Positions 9,055 to 18,759 of a stretch of DNA of 64,000 nt are shown piece by piece. The first letter of the stretch is position 1; each line of letters opens with the position of its first letter. Under the pieces are notes generated by a model that was not told the origin of the DNA, made no database searches, and worked only from the letters and a program-made list of their open reading frames with translations. The stretch comes from a virus (Duplodnaviria > Heunggongvirae > Uroviricota > Caudoviricetes). The stretch lies in IMG/VR virus record IMGVR_UViG_3300012153_000089, positions 1 through 64,000 of that record; one strand, 5' to 3'. The position numbers were made by a program, and so were the translations under genes.

Positions 9055-9543
9055 TTACAAAGAATCATTCAATTCTTTTAGTTGGTTAATTACATCATGC
9101 ATGTACCAATACAAGTCACTTATTTCCTCAGACTTGTGCCCATCAAGAAAAATCCAATAACACTCATTTTCATACGCCACATTGACAGCTCGAACACTAT
9201 AGATTTTATGCCATCCGAGATGCTTTTCCTTTAATCCACCATTTTGTTCTATGTATTGTTTAAACGCTTCATTAAACTGTTCATAACATTCAATAGCTTG
9301 AGTCATATTCTCAAATCCCATGTATCCCTCGACTCCGACATGATACTGATCTTTGTCTGAGCACCAAACCTTGTCTTTCCAAACACTAAAGTCGTCACCT
9401 TGCCAATCAAACACTTCCTCTGCGTGTCCATTGCTTGCTGCTTCATCGAACTTTCCCTGTCTGTAAGCTTCGTTATAATAACTTTGTCTGATTGGTTCCA
9501 TTTCTTCTGAGTAGAAAAGTTCTTTTAGTTCCGAATTATCCAT
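9055..9543 (-). CDS. hypothetical protein (162 aa)
   Basis: packed co-directional ORF, no domain recognised. Confidence 0.5.
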   Translation of the reverse strand: MDNSELKELFYSEEMEPIRQSYYNEAYRQGKFDEAASNGHAEEVFDWQGDDFSVWKDKVWCSDKDQYHVGVEGYMGFENMTQAIECYEQFNEAFKQYIEQNGGLKEKHLGWHKIYSVRAVNVAYENECYWIFLDGHKSEEISDLYWYMHDVINQLKELNDSL

Positions 9544-9820
9544 TCACATCTTCCTCTCCGAAATATTCTTTAATCGCCTTATCAATATAACTTTTTCCAA
9601 TATTTAATGCATAATGCCTATTGAATACTGTTTGGTATACTAGAGGACATATTTTCTTTTTGATTTTTACATTGTGACTATGAAATAATCCGATTCCTTC
9701 AATCCACTCTGAATTATTTTTATATGTGATTTTATATGTAATTTCATCACGCACATAGTACTTAATGATTTTATTTCTGCTCAAGATGTTCCTCTTTTCT
9801 ATGTAAAATATAAGTTTCAT
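9536..9820 (-). CDS. hypothetical protein (94 aa)
   Basis: 8-nt overlap with downstream ORF, no domain recognised. Confidence 0.45.
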   Translation of the reverse strand: MKLIFYIEKRNILSRNKIIKYYVRDEITYKITYKNNSEWIEGIGLFHSHNVKIKKKICPLVYQTVFNRHYALNIGKSYIDKAIKEYFGEEDVNG

Positions 9821-9832
9821 TAAAACTATGTA

Positions 9833-10486
9833 TTATGCAAATGCTGGAGCTAATTTCTTCACACTACTTTTAAAATATTGATGCGCGGCCTGTCTCGTTA
9901 CATTCATTTCTCTGCCAATATCAGAAATACTCATACCATCGAAAAAATACTTACGAGACACAATCTTCTCTTTTGGGGTTAATTTACGTTCAATATGTCC
10001 ACTTAGTACATTGTCAAACATAGAGTCTTCAACAGCAATCAAGTCAAGATGACTATCGTCTGCCAATATTTCCGACAATAATTTTTCGCTGTCTCCAGAG
10101 TTTGTCTTGTAAAGATTGTTATCCATACTAATGCTGCTATATTTGCTACGACACTTCATACCTTTTGCTCTGGCATTTGCTGAGAACTCCCTTACAACCA
10201 CCTTTGCTAAATAAGTGGAGAATTTAATATTCTTAGAGTGGTCATATGTATCATAAGCTTTTATTAGTCCAACCATCCCCATACTAACTAACTCATCTGG
10301 TTCTTCATGTGAGCCGCTAGTTAACGTCTTGTTAGCCAATTTGACTACAAAATGCATGTTGTTTTTGATAATTTTGTCTTTTAATTCTTTGTCTCCTGTC
10401 TCTTTTGCTAGTTTAATCATTTCTTCATTGTTAAAATTTACGATACGCTTCTCCAGTTTGATGCTTATTTTCATTGTCTCCACCAT
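9833..10486 (-). CDS. sigma-70 family RNA polymerase sigma factor (SigF/SigG-like, phage-encoded)
   Basis: 217 aa. Region 2 (DELVSMGMVGLIKAYDTYDHSKNIKFSTYLAKVVVREF) and region 4.2 HTH (MSISDIGREMNVTRQAAHQYFKSSVKKL). Confidence 0.8.
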   Translation of the reverse strand: MVETMKISIKLEKRIVNFNNEEMIKLAKETGDKELKDKIIKNNMHFVVKLANKTLTSGSHEEPDELVSMGMVGLIKAYDTYDHSKNIKFSTYLAKVVVREFSANARAKGMKCRSKYSSISMDNNLYKTNSGDSEKLLSEILADDSHLDLIAVEDSMFDNVLSGHIERKLTPKEKIVSRKYFFDGMSISDIGREMNVTRQAAHQYFKSSVKKLAPAFA

Positions 10487-10644
10487 TGACTACATGTTTA
10501 ATGTAGTATCTTTCTTTTGTATTGTTGATTTAAATGACACTTCAAAGTAAAATTAATCCTGCAAGGGTAAATTAGATGGTGGATCGTATGAAGAGTCGTT
10601 CCTTAATTGGAGCGATTTCTTTTTTTCTTCTTAAAACAAGTGTT

Positions 10645-10661
10645 TTATTTAAACTGCTATG
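10645..10661 (-). promoter_or_regulatory. variant copy of the conserved AT-rich element (AAGTGTTTTATTTAAAC), copy 8
   Basis: overlaps the stop of the GHKL ATPase gene and lies upstream of the sigma-factor gene. Confidence 0.35.
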
Positions 10662-12486
10662 CCAGTGCCAAACCATCAATCAGACAGTCGTACAAGTCAT
10701 TCGGTCTTTCAATGTCATCAAAATTCATAAGACTTACCGCACGTACAATTTCTTTCAGATTCATTAGCAAAAACTTGTAGTCGTGAATATCTAGATTCTC
10801 ATCGCTACTTTCTCTTAGTTTGCTGTCATTAATAATTGATCTGTCCACGTATACTTTATTATTTATGTAATCGTGTGCAGCAACAAATTCATCTTCAATC
10901 TTTTCTATTGTATGATTGAGCACTTCAATATTGGTTTGCTTAATAACCATGACATCACCAATAGCAAATACATTTCGACTAAAACCAACCATACGACTTA
11001 TCATATCAAGCAACATTAAAGCTCTACTTTCTTTTAAACTCAATCTAGTATTTGAGATCGATGCTTTAATTAATGTGTTCTCTGTTAGTTGAGAAATATG
11101 AACAATATTTTGATCTTCACCTATTGCCTCTAGTATACTGCTTTCAAGTTTGTTTCTAGATACGATCACTTTTAGTTTGTAATGTTCAGCAATTTTAAAC
11201 TTTTTCTCATGTTCAACAATTTGATCAAATGACAACCAAAAGACAGGTTCCGATCCGAAGTCAATTTGCTGTCCTTTTCGTTCCTCGATTCTTTCTTCAT
11301 CAATCTCTGGTTTACTATAACCACCCGACGACCCCTCATATCCCGACCATGATCTAATCCCTTTTGCACTGGGAGCTAGATTTTTAACCTCTTGTTCAAA
11401 CTCAATTTCATGATGATTTGACTCAGATTGCCTTGCTGCTTCTGATCTGATAAATACCTCAAATTGATTAACATTTTTAATATCAGGATTTTTGCGTTTT
11501 GCCAATGCGATGCCTTGTAGATATTTAGAATCTGCATCGTCTACTGTATTGAATATAAGAAAGGTCATTTGACTTTTAAGTTTGTGCTTATCTGCGTTCC
11601 AAGAAATTGCATCGATATGTGAATCTATGTATTTTTGTTCTCCATTTAAAAAGCTTTCATTAGAAAGTTGTTTGATATGCTCTCTTACTTCCTTAAGGAA
11701 AAATTCAAACTTGTCATCCCTGACAATATCTTTACGATCTGGAGAGGTTAGATTTAGCGTTTTATCATTGATGTGTAAATCGCCTTTCACATAGTAGAAG
11801 TTTTCAAGTTTAGTTACCAACCTACCTTTATAGAACACTTTTAGGTCTTGACTGAATCCTGAATTCAATGCGATCCAACCTTGAATATTGTTCGATTCAA
11901 TCACACTAGAAAACACACTGCCATCCGTATCTGTCAAATTCTTTTTCGGTTGAAGCTTACCGTCACAGTGGATATCTAACTCATGAATATATTTACCCAG
12001 CAACTCAACTCGTTCGCGGATCAATGATGGCTGAACTTCTGTAAAATCAAAATTGTTAAGTATCAATTTAAAACCTTCATATGTATTGTCTGTATCGGTT
12101 ACTTCTATGTTTGTTTTATTATTCTGAATCATCTCGCCAACATTAAAGACAATATGTTTATTTCCCGTAAACACTTCAATATGATCGCTCACAGTAATGT
12201 TGCTGAAGAATCCCATTCCAAACGGCGACTCTGATTTTTGAATATCTTCATTCCACTCTGACTCAGCGATTGAAAATAGGGCTTGTGGATTGGCTAGTGC
12301 TTGACCATTATTTTCAATCGTAACTTTCTTGTTGTAGTAGTCTATTGTTACATGAACCTCAGTAGCTTTGGCTCGTTGAGCGTTCTGAATATCTTCATCA
12401 AGGAATGACAGCTTGTCCTTGAATGTACTCTGTCGTAGCAGTTTTAATTGGTTAATTACATTAACCTTTACTTGAACATTACTCAA
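10657..12486 (-). CDS. GHKL-superfamily ATPase domain protein (MutL/MORC/Hsp90-type HATPase fold), 609 aa
   Basis: N-terminal Bergerat-fold motifs: DIQNAQRAKA (N box), VTIENNGQAL (G1), SPFGMGFFS (G2), EVFTG. The remaining ~450 aa are unrecognised. No TOPRIM, so not a GyrB/topoisomerase. Confidence 0.6.
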   Translation of the reverse strand: MSNVQVKVNVINQLKLLRQSTFKDKLSFLDEDIQNAQRAKATEVHVTIDYYNKKVTIENNGQALANPQALFSIAESEWNEDIQKSESPFGMGFFSNITVSDHIEVFTGNKHIVFNVGEMIQNNKTNIEVTDTDNTYEGFKLILNNFDFTEVQPSLIRERVELLGKYIHELDIHCDGKLQPKKNLTDTDGSVFSSVIESNNIQGWIALNSGFSQDLKVFYKGRLVTKLENFYYVKGDLHINDKTLNLTSPDRKDIVRDDKFEFFLKEVREHIKQLSNESFLNGEQKYIDSHIDAISWNADKHKLKSQMTFLIFNTVDDADSKYLQGIALAKRKNPDIKNVNQFEVFIRSEAARQSESNHHEIEFEQEVKNLAPSAKGIRSWSGYEGSSGGYSKPEIDEERIEERKGQQIDFGSEPVFWLSFDQIVEHEKKFKIAEHYKLKVIVSRNKLESSILEAIGEDQNIVHISQLTENTLIKASISNTRLSLKESRALMLLDMISRMVGFSRNVFAIGDVMVIKQTNIEVLNHTIEKIEDEFVAAHDYINNKVYVDRSIINDSKLRESSDENLDIHDYKFLLMNLKEIVRAVSLMNFDDIERPNDLYDCLIDGLALA

Positions 12487-13023
12487 TTAATTGTCCTCCT
12501 TTTTGGGAGAAAACATATCAACCGCATCCACAACATCTAATTCATATTTTTCATTTTTGTAAAGTTGAGCTACACCTTCATTCATTAAAATACTCTTTTC
12601 CCACATGAGTAGTTTAGCGTTGTCTTTTTGTAATCCCTTAATCATATTATCGTTGCTATACATCTTACTCCTAATTGACTCGACAACTAAACCAGCACTC
12701 TTTTTAGCGTTTCTATTGACCAGATACTTTTCACCCCGATATCCCCTAGGAATATGAAGTTTGTCTGTTTCATCATAAAGACAAAACTCTTCCTTCGTTA
12801 CTTCTTTGGCATCATCTACCATCATTACAAAACTCATTCGATCCTCAATACCATTTACCAGATACCATTGTTCATTATTATCAAACTCCTTCGTAATGCT
12901 GTTACTCCAATATGTATCGAAAGCCCACATAAGTCCATTCTCACTCATAGCCGTATGCACAATTCCATGCCTACAACCTGTGCTGCTATTATCAACCCTA
13001 TAAATCGCTTTTTCTTGAATCAT
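12487..13023 (-). CDS. hypothetical protein (178 aa), directly upstream of and abutting the GHKL ATPase gene
   Basis: stop abuts the GHKL start, no domain recognised. Confidence 0.5.
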   Translation of the reverse strand: MIQEKAIYRVDNSSTGCRHGIVHTAMSENGLMWAFDTYWSNSITKEFDNNEQWYLVNGIEDRMSFVMMVDDAKEVTKEEFCLYDETDKLHIPRGYRGEKYLVNRNAKKSAGLVVESIRSKMYSNDNMIKGLQKDNAKLLMWEKSILMNEGVAQLYKNEKYELDVVDAVDMFSPKKEDN

Positions 13024-13379
13024 TTCATCTCTCCTAATTTGATTGTAGGATTTAACACTGTCAACAAATCTTCAATCTTAACATGCGAATATCTAGCGGC
13101 TTCATATCTTGCTGCTCTCCAAGTGTCTTCATCTATTTCTTTGTCCCTAAACTCTGCAACTATCTTATTCATGAAACGTTTAGCATTTCGATTTATATCA
13201 GTGTACTCAACTGTACTCAATGGTATCGCACTCTGAATTTTCTCATTGAATCCAGAGCAGATTCGTCTATCATAAATTTCAGTCTGATAATAATATTCAA
13301 GCCACTTAACAAATGCATGTTCATAGTGCACTTGGCTTGGTGAAGCGAATATCTCATAATATTCACGATGAAAGTCCAT
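13020..13379 (-). CDS. hypothetical protein (119 aa)
   Basis: 4-nt overlap with downstream gene. Confidence 0.5.
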   Translation of the reverse strand: MDFHREYYEIFASPSQVHYEHAFVKWLEYYYQTEIYDRRICSGFNEKIQSAIPLSTVEYTDINRNAKRFMNKIVAEFRDKEIDEDTWRAARYEAARYSHVKIEDLLTVLNPTIKLGEMK

Positions 13380-13436
13380 GATTCGATCTCCTTTCTCTGT
13401 AAAACAGGTATTTCATACAGAAAATTCTTGGTTTTC

Positions 13437-13844
13437 TTAATTGACGACTTTACTTTTAGCAAATTCAAGTTCCCTAACTTGGTTAGACCAGTACTCAACT
13501 TTGTATCTGGCATATTCTAGCTCATATTCTTCACGAAGAACTTCTTCTTTTTCTTCGATACTTTCCAGATAATCGATCATTTTTTTAATATCATTTACCC
13601 CACCATGTACCCAGTAGCTATTGTAGATTTCCTCAATCTCACATGCGATTTCAAGTGGAGTCTGATCTTCCACATTAATGCAATCTTTTTCGATATCAAC
13701 TAAGAATGATTTCCATAAATCTTTAGCATCTTCTCGTTCAATTACGAAGTAATATCTTCCACTTTCCTCTGATGAACCCAGTGTATAACGCCCTTGTTGA
13801 TATGATACTGTTACAAAGTTCTTTTTAGGTTTTTGAATAGTCAT
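13437..13844 (-). CDS. hypothetical protein (135 aa)
   Basis: contains DIKKMIDYLESI, a segment shared with the next gene. Confidence 0.5.
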   Translation of the reverse strand: MTIQKPKKNFVTVSYQQGRYTLGSSEESGRYYFVIEREDAKDLWKSFLVDIEKDCINVEDQTPLEIACEIEEIYNSYWVHGGVNDIKKMIDYLESIEEKEEVLREEYELEYARYKVEYWSNQVRELEFAKSKVVN

Positions 13845-13867
13845 TGTTTAACATTCTCCTTTTTATC

Positions 13868-14158
13868 TTATTGTTGTTCAGTAGTATCATCTTTCATCGC
13901 TTCCCATAGAGCATCAACCAATTCCTTTCCTTCGTAGTGCTCATCAGTAATAAGTACAATATTCCACTTCCCATCTATAATACTTTTGCCAATTGTCACT
14001 TCATCTAAATAGTCAATCATCTTACCGATATCCATTTTCTTGTGATGGTAATAAGCCCAATCTTTGCGAGGTACAATTTCATTAAAGAAAGAGTAAAATT
14101 GTTCTTCTGTAACTTCTTTAGCTTGCTTTGGGGTTATGTGATATTTCATCTCAACCAA
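13868..14158 (-). CDS. hypothetical protein (96 aa)
   Basis: contains DIGKMIDYLDEV, shared with the neighbouring gene. Confidence 0.5.
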   Translation of the reverse strand: MVEMKYHITPKQAKEVTEEQFYSFFNEIVPRKDWAYYHHKKMDIGKMIDYLDEVTIGKSIIDGKWNIVLITDEHYEGKELVDALWEAMKDDTTEQQ

Positions 14159-14391
14159 CCTATGTAAGAGATTAGTGCATCGGTGAATGTGCTACCATAA
14201 CTCATTTGGTGCATAATCCAGCCTATATCCTTATCCTTCTTTTGTAGAGTGAATAGCCCTCTGAATTCCTCATCTGTTAATTCTAAATTAAATTTATTGG
14301 CGTACTCTTTAACTTGTTTGAAGTGCCATTCTGTCCTTTCATTCCTCACTAGCTCGTCTGCTAGATGTTCGTATTCAATTACGTAAATCAT
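14146..14391 (-). CDS. hypothetical protein (81 aa)
   Basis: packed ORF. Confidence 0.45.
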   Translation of the reverse strand: MIYVIEYEHLADELVRNERTEWHFKQVKEYANKFNLELTDEEFRGLFTLQKKDKDIGWIMHQMSYGSTFTDALISYIGWLR

Positions 14392-14738
14392 CTATACTCT
14401 TCTCCCCAATCTTCTTCTGTTACTGTTCTCAAAGATTCTATCAATATGTATTCTTGTTCTTTGTCGAGTTTCATTTCAACTTCTTCTGGATACTCATCTT
14501 CCGCATACTCGAACGACTGCTTGTGAAACTCAACGTCTTCAATGTGCCAAAGTTTATCGTTTGGAGTTGCATTTGCTTTACGGCAACTTCGATATACGCT
14601 CAAATACAAATGATCGCTTAATTTAATCTTTAGTCGCCCACATGCACATCCGCCCTCAGCATCAAAATTCAACGTCCTATCTTTAATATTACTTATAATG
14701 TTTTGAAAGTAACCTTCTTTAATTCTTAGCATTGACAT
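14388..14738 (-). CDS. hypothetical protein (116 aa)
   Basis: packed ORF. Confidence 0.5.
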   Translation of the reverse strand: MSMLRIKEGYFQNIISNIKDRTLNFDAEGGCACGRLKIKLSDHLYLSVYRSCRKANATPNDKLWHIEDVEFHKQSFEYAEDEYPEEVEMKLDKEQEYILIESLRTVTEEDWGEEYR

Positions 14739-14747
14739 TCCTCCTAA

Positions 14748-14990
14748 TTAAGCATTGATTACATATACGTAAGTCCATTCACCGTACTCATGTTTGTCTG
14801 TTTTAAAATTGTAACTTCTCTTAATTTCTCTCACTAAATATTTTTTGCGTGTAAAGTTTTCCTTATCTCCAAATTCAAGTATCTCTCCAATACGAGGAAT
14901 GTTGCTGCTTGGAATCTCAGTGAGAAGTAAATCACAATTATCATAATCTGAATATCCGTTCGTTCCACTCTTAACCATTACATAAAACAT
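14748..14990 (-). CDS. hypothetical protein (80 aa)
   Basis: packed ORF with GAGGAG SD upstream. Confidence 0.5.
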   Translation of the reverse strand: MFYVMVKSGTNGYSDYDNCDLLLTEIPSSNIPRIGEILEFGDKENFTRKKYLVREIKRSYNFKTDKHEYGEWTYVYVINA

Positions 14991-15023
14991 TTTATTACAC
15001 TCCTCTATTAATTTTTGATCAAA

Positions 15024-15389
15024 CTAGACTTTCACAGAAATTTTCTCATTAATATGTACTTCAAGTTCTTCGAGTTTTTCAAGACTCATCAGTTTTAATT
15101 TAGTATTTAAACTCTTTAGCAATTCTTCTTTTTGTTTTGCTCTTTCCACTGCCAGCCAATATTGACTTGCGCTCAAATATGCTTTATAAAAGAACGGCAT
15201 TTCTGAAGCAGTCAATGTCTTCTTGTCGAGGCGTAATAGGTAACTCCCTCCTTTTTTCGTTGCATAGACACTTGTCTTATTGATTTTCTCTATAATATAT
15301 TCATCTACTCCGGGCTCTGTTTTATAAAAACTTGAACTGTTAATCCAAAGAGATTGTCCAATTTCCAACTCTGTTCTTATTTGATTCAT
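15024..15389 (-). CDS. hypothetical protein (121 aa)
   Basis: packed ORF. Confidence 0.5.
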   Translation of the reverse strand: MNQIRTELEIGQSLWINSSSFYKTEPGVDEYIIEKINKTSVYATKKGGSYLLRLDKKTLTASEMPFFYKAYLSASQYWLAVERAKQKEELLKSLNTKLKLMSLEKLEELEVHINEKISVKV

Positions 15390-15811
15390 TATTTAACCTC
15401 CAAAAGTTCAGGATTGTCTTTGATGTTTCCAATAACCTCATACTTGATTACAGATGGGTCACTCTCACTTTTGAGCCAGCTAAGTGCATTCATACCGCAA
15501 TCTATCCATGGTTCCAAGTCAAATGCAGGATAACCTCGTTCCGCCCCGTATTCAACTACTCCAATGTAATGCTCTTTGTCTATGTAATTAGTGTCAAAGG
15601 TGATTTTTATAATACTGCCTTCACACATCTTTTTACCATTACTATCGTCAATTCCTATATTGCGATCAGATAAATCAAAAGCTCTATTCACAATCTCATT
15701 TAGAACCATATTTAAAGCTGATTGACCTTCTGAATCCAATTCCACTCGCTCACTATTGATCCATTGAATAAGCTTGTCTGCATCGATCAACTTTTCTTCT
15801 CTATTGTTCAT
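15389..15811 (-). CDS. hypothetical protein (140 aa)
   Basis: packed ORF. Confidence 0.5.
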   Translation of the reverse strand: MNNREEKLIDADKLIQWINSERVELDSEGQSALNMVLNEIVNRAFDLSDRNIGIDDSNGKKMCEGSIIKITFDTNYIDKEHYIGVVEYGAERGYPAFDLEPWIDCGMNALSWLKSESDPSVIKYEVIGNIKDNPELLEVK

Positions 15812-15825
15812 CTATGTTTCCTCCC

Positions 15826-16272
15826 CTACATGACATATGGCACAAGATCATTAAGTGATTCTTTCAGGTTATCGATGCAATCTTTCATGCTATGGCTTAA
15901 GTAGCACGGCTCTTGCCGATAGTCAGCGTATGCGTAAATGACATTGTGCACTGAGTACGTGTATCCTCTTAGTTCAATAAACATACGGACGCGTTCATAT
16001 GGATCTGCTTCTTGCTCAATCTTACGTTCCTTCGCCCGGCGCTCATATTCCGTGATGCAAGCCGATTCAACGGTCTCCATATCCCCGCATTCATCCAAGC
16101 TAATTACAATATAGTGAGGAACCACCTTGTACTGCTTGCCACATTCCGTGCACTTTGGAGCTGTGAACTCGTACATGCCATCAACTACTTCCGGTTTATC
16201 AAAGTCTGCATTTTCAAATACGATGAATCCTTTGCAATCAGTTACGTTGCAGTGATGTGCTTCAATTGACAT
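15826..16272 (-). CDS. hypothetical zinc-ribbon protein (148 aa)
   Basis: CNVTDC...CTECG Cys pairs. Confidence 0.5.
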   Translation of the reverse strand: MSIEAHHCNVTDCKGFIVFENADFDKPEVVDGMYEFTAPKCTECGKQYKVVPHYIVISLDECGDMETVESACITEYERRAKERKIEQEADPYERVRMFIELRGYTYSVHNVIYAYADYRQEPCYLSHSMKDCIDNLKESLNDLVPYVM

Positions 16273-16312
16273 TTGCTATATCCTCCTCGATATTTTTGAT
16301 AAAATTAGATTT

Positions 16313-16507
16313 TCACTTACTCTTCAGACTAATTACTGCTTCCCATTCACCCTTGCGTTCTTCGTCTGTCATTCCACAGCTGTTCATGGAAGCATAGTGT
16401 GACCCAAACCATTTAATTTCGAGCGTATCTGAAGAATATCTCTTCCCTTGATTCGATATCACCGTAAATCCATTTGCACTGTACTGAGCTGCTTGCAATA
16501 AGTTCAT
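16313..16507 (-). CDS. hypothetical protein (64 aa)
   Basis: packed ORF. Confidence 0.4.
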   Translation of the reverse strand: MNLLQAAQYSANGFTVISNQGKRYSSDTLEIKWFGSHYASMNSCGMTDEERKGEWEAVISLKSK

Positions 16508-16559
16508 ATCAGTTATATCTCCTCATTTTTGATAATTATCATTCGCTGTTATATGTATT

Positions 16560-16940
16560 TTAGATAAGAATTTCTTCGACTCTAATCCCCCATCCATCTC
16601 GATAGGACTCATTTTCGTCATCTATTCTTCCAACATTCTTTACAATTTTGCTTATTTTACTTTCCATTTGCGTAGCACTTAAAGATTGATGTAGACGCTG
16701 AATTTTTGCTAATTCATGTTTAATAACTCTTCTTTCCCTTAAAACTTTTTGAAGTTCCTTATATTTCTTAAATCCTACCGAAGCGTTAAAATTATTCGTC
16801 TCAATATCATGATAAATATTTGACACTTTTTTATCATATTCAGACTGTAGCGCTATTAAGGACTCATAATCTTCTTTCATTTTATTGATGGTTTCAATAA
16901 GAACATTTCCGTATTTAACTGCTAAACACATTGTTAACAA
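16560..16940 (-). CDS. hypothetical coiled-coil protein (126 aa)
   Basis: packed ORF. Confidence 0.5.
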   Translation of the reverse strand: MLTMCLAVKYGNVLIETINKMKEDYESLIALQSEYDKKVSNIYHDIETNNFNASVGFKKYKELQKVLRERRVIKHELAKIQRLHQSLSATQMESKISKIVKNVGRIDDENESYRDGWGIRVEEILI

Positions 16941-16982
16941 CTCCTTGTTATATGTATTATATATTTTTATAAAAGACGGCTT

Positions 16983-17171
16983 TCACTTAAATATGTCGTC
17001 TGCTACTGCTGCGGAAAAAAGTATAAACATGATTGACGCTATCAAATACTCGAAACGATAATTCTTTGCGTGTGGGTTCTTAGCGTGAATATATGTATTA
17101 GCACAAAAACTCACTAGAGACGCGATAGCCAACACAACAAAAATAGTGAATGCAGTCCAATTTAGTATCAT
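16983..17171 (-). CDS. small 2-TM membrane protein (62 aa)
   Basis: hydrophobic segments FTIFVVLAIASLVSF and LIASIMFILFSAAV. Confidence 0.4.
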   Translation of the reverse strand: MILNWTAFTIFVVLAIASLVSFCANTYIHAKNPHAKNYRFEYLIASIMFILFSAAVADDIFK

Positions 17172-17455
17172 ATAACAACTTTTCCTTCTAATCGATCATA
17201 TGCAGCCTTAACTCGTTCTGAAACTTCTATGTATGAATTTTTGTTTTGATATAGATCAATAACCTCACCATTTTCAACGATAAAACGATTATAGTAGTAT
17301 TGAATATGCTTCTTATTGTCTTCAATCCTTACTACTTGTCCAAGTTTCACACACTTTATAATCTTATATCTCACTTCCTCAAACGAATCACAACTCAGAT
17401 AGCTCTTCATGCACAGTTGACTGTACTTATCAATTACACTTGATTTAATTTTCAT
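17168..17455 (-). CDS. hypothetical protein (95 aa)
   Basis: packed ORF. Confidence 0.5.
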   Translation of the reverse strand: MKIKSSVIDKYSQLCMKSYLSCDSFEEVRYKIIKCVKLGQVVRIEDNKKHIQYYYNRFIVENGEVIDLYQNKNSYIEVSERVKAAYDRLEGKVVI

Positions 17456-17472
17456 ATGTATTTATGTTCCTC

Positions 17473-17622
17473 CTATTGTTCATAACGTTCATCGATATAG
17501 GTATAACAGAGCTCTCGTTCTTTGGCATCTTTACCTGCTTCGAAGCACATCTTCCTGTGTGCCTCACGAACGCCTTCAAAGGATTTACACCAGAATAGAT
17601 ATTGGATTAGTTTGTTAAGCAT
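17473..17622 (-). CDS. small hypothetical protein (probably ~49 aa from an internal Met; the longest ORF extends to 17733)
   Basis: the long ORF overlaps the CPBP gene by 100 nt out of frame, so it is trimmed to an internal start. Confidence 0.3.
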   Translation of the reverse strand: MLNKLIQYLFWCKSFEGVREAHRKMCFEAGKDAKERELCYTYIDERYEQ

Positions 17623-17630
17623 ATGTATGA

Positions 17631-18152
17631 TCACCCTTTCAGCGACATAATTAGTATTGATATAAAATTGAATGCTGCATGACTTATTATTGGAACTATG
17701 AGACTGTTGCTTTTGTTGTAATACCAGCACCACAAGAATCCAATAAATACATAGCCTAAAAATGCTGCTGGATTGAAATGTGGAATTGCGAATAATATTG
17801 AGCTGATTAATGCTGATACCTTAAATCCTAATTTGTGATTGAGTCGTTTAAATATGAATCCTCTACATATGTACTCTTCTATGATGGGGCTGAATGTTAC
17901 ACTGTAGATATATACCACTGGGACAGAAATTGGTGTATCTAGTATCGTAGCCGTTTCAAAATATTTACTTGTCAAAGAATTGACAATGTTAAATCCAATA
18001 AAAGCAAACATTGTTGAGTAAAATAAATTTTCAAGATTATTTCTTAAATTAAATCTGTTTAATTCTTCAATTATCTTGTTCCGTTGCTTGACTATAAGCC
18101 ACCCCAACATTATCGGTGGTAAAATTACCAATGCCAATTTAAAGATTATCAA
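17631..18152 (-). CDS. CPBP-family intramembrane metalloprotease (CAAX protease / Abi family)
   Basis: 173 aa, multi-TM. Motifs EEYICRGF (EExxxR), FAIPH (FxxxH) and HAAFN (HxxxN). Confidence 0.7.
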   Translation of the reverse strand: MIIFKLALVILPPIMLGWLIVKQRNKIIEELNRFNLRNNLENLFYSTMFAFIGFNIVNSLTSKYFETATILDTPISVPVVYIYSVTFSPIIEEYICRGFIFKRLNHKLGFKVSALISSILFAIPHFNPAAFLGYVFIGFLWCWYYNKSNSLIVPIISHAAFNFISILIMSLKG

Positions 18153-18180
18153 TCACCTTCTCTAACATATAATCCCTCCT

Positions 18181-18216
18181 AAAAGAAAAAGTACAGGTTC
18201 TCTTTAACCTGTACTT
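18181..18216 (-). terminator. rho-independent terminator (AAGUACAGGUU-loop-AACCUGUACUU followed by UUUUUCUUUU)
   Basis: perfect 11-bp stem and 6-nt loop on the gene strand, followed by a T-tract. Lies between dfrA and the CPBP gene. Confidence 0.7.
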
Positions 18217-18260
18217 AGTCTAACATCTATTTTATTGATAATCAAGTGTTATTTTATCAT
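18217..18260 (-). promoter_or_regulatory. conserved element plus sigma-A-like hexamers (TTGATT-17-TAGACT), copy 2
   Basis: plus-strand AAGTGTTATTTTATCAT at 18244-18260, immediately 3' of the dfrA stop. Confidence 0.45.
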
Positions 18261-18261
18261 T

Positions 18262-18759
18262 TTAAATTCTTTTCATTATTCTTCTTTTTATAGTGTATAC
18301 AACACCGTTTTCTCCGATTGCCTCAATTATTTCTTCTTTATCCACACTCCATACTTTTTGATCAAGTTGAGGAAAGTAACTATCACCTTCGAACTTTGCC
18401 TGAATCTCATTTAGATACAATAGATCAACAAGATGAAGAGACTGTTCATATATAGAGCTGCCACCGATTACAAATGTCTCTTTACCAGTATCTATTGCAT
18501 ATCGCAATGCATCTTCAATATAGTTAACAACTATCCCATTGCTAACAATGTAATTCTGGTCTGAAGTGATAATGATATTAGTTCGATTCGGCAAAACTTT
18601 ACCTATAGACTCATAAGTGCGCCTTCCCATGATAACATTTGCATTCATTGTAATCCTCTTAAAGTATTGCAGATCCCAAGGAATATGCCAAGGCAGCTTT
18701 CCACTATTACCGATTAAACGATTCTGATCCATAGCAACAATTAATGAAAGTTTACTCAT
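18262..18759 (-). CDS. dfrA: dihydrofolate reductase
   Basis: 165 aa. [48 protein letters not shown] parallels E. coli FolA. ATGA overlap with thyA. Confidence 0.8.
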   Translation of the reverse strand: MSKLSLIVAMDQNRLIGNSGKLPWHIPWDLQYFKRITMNANVIMGRRTYESIGKVLPNRTNIIITSDQNYIVSNGIVVNYIEDALRYAIDTGKETFVIGGSSIYEQSLHLVDLLYLNEIQAKFEGDSYFPQLDQKVWSVDKEEIIEAIGENGVVYTIKRRIMKRI

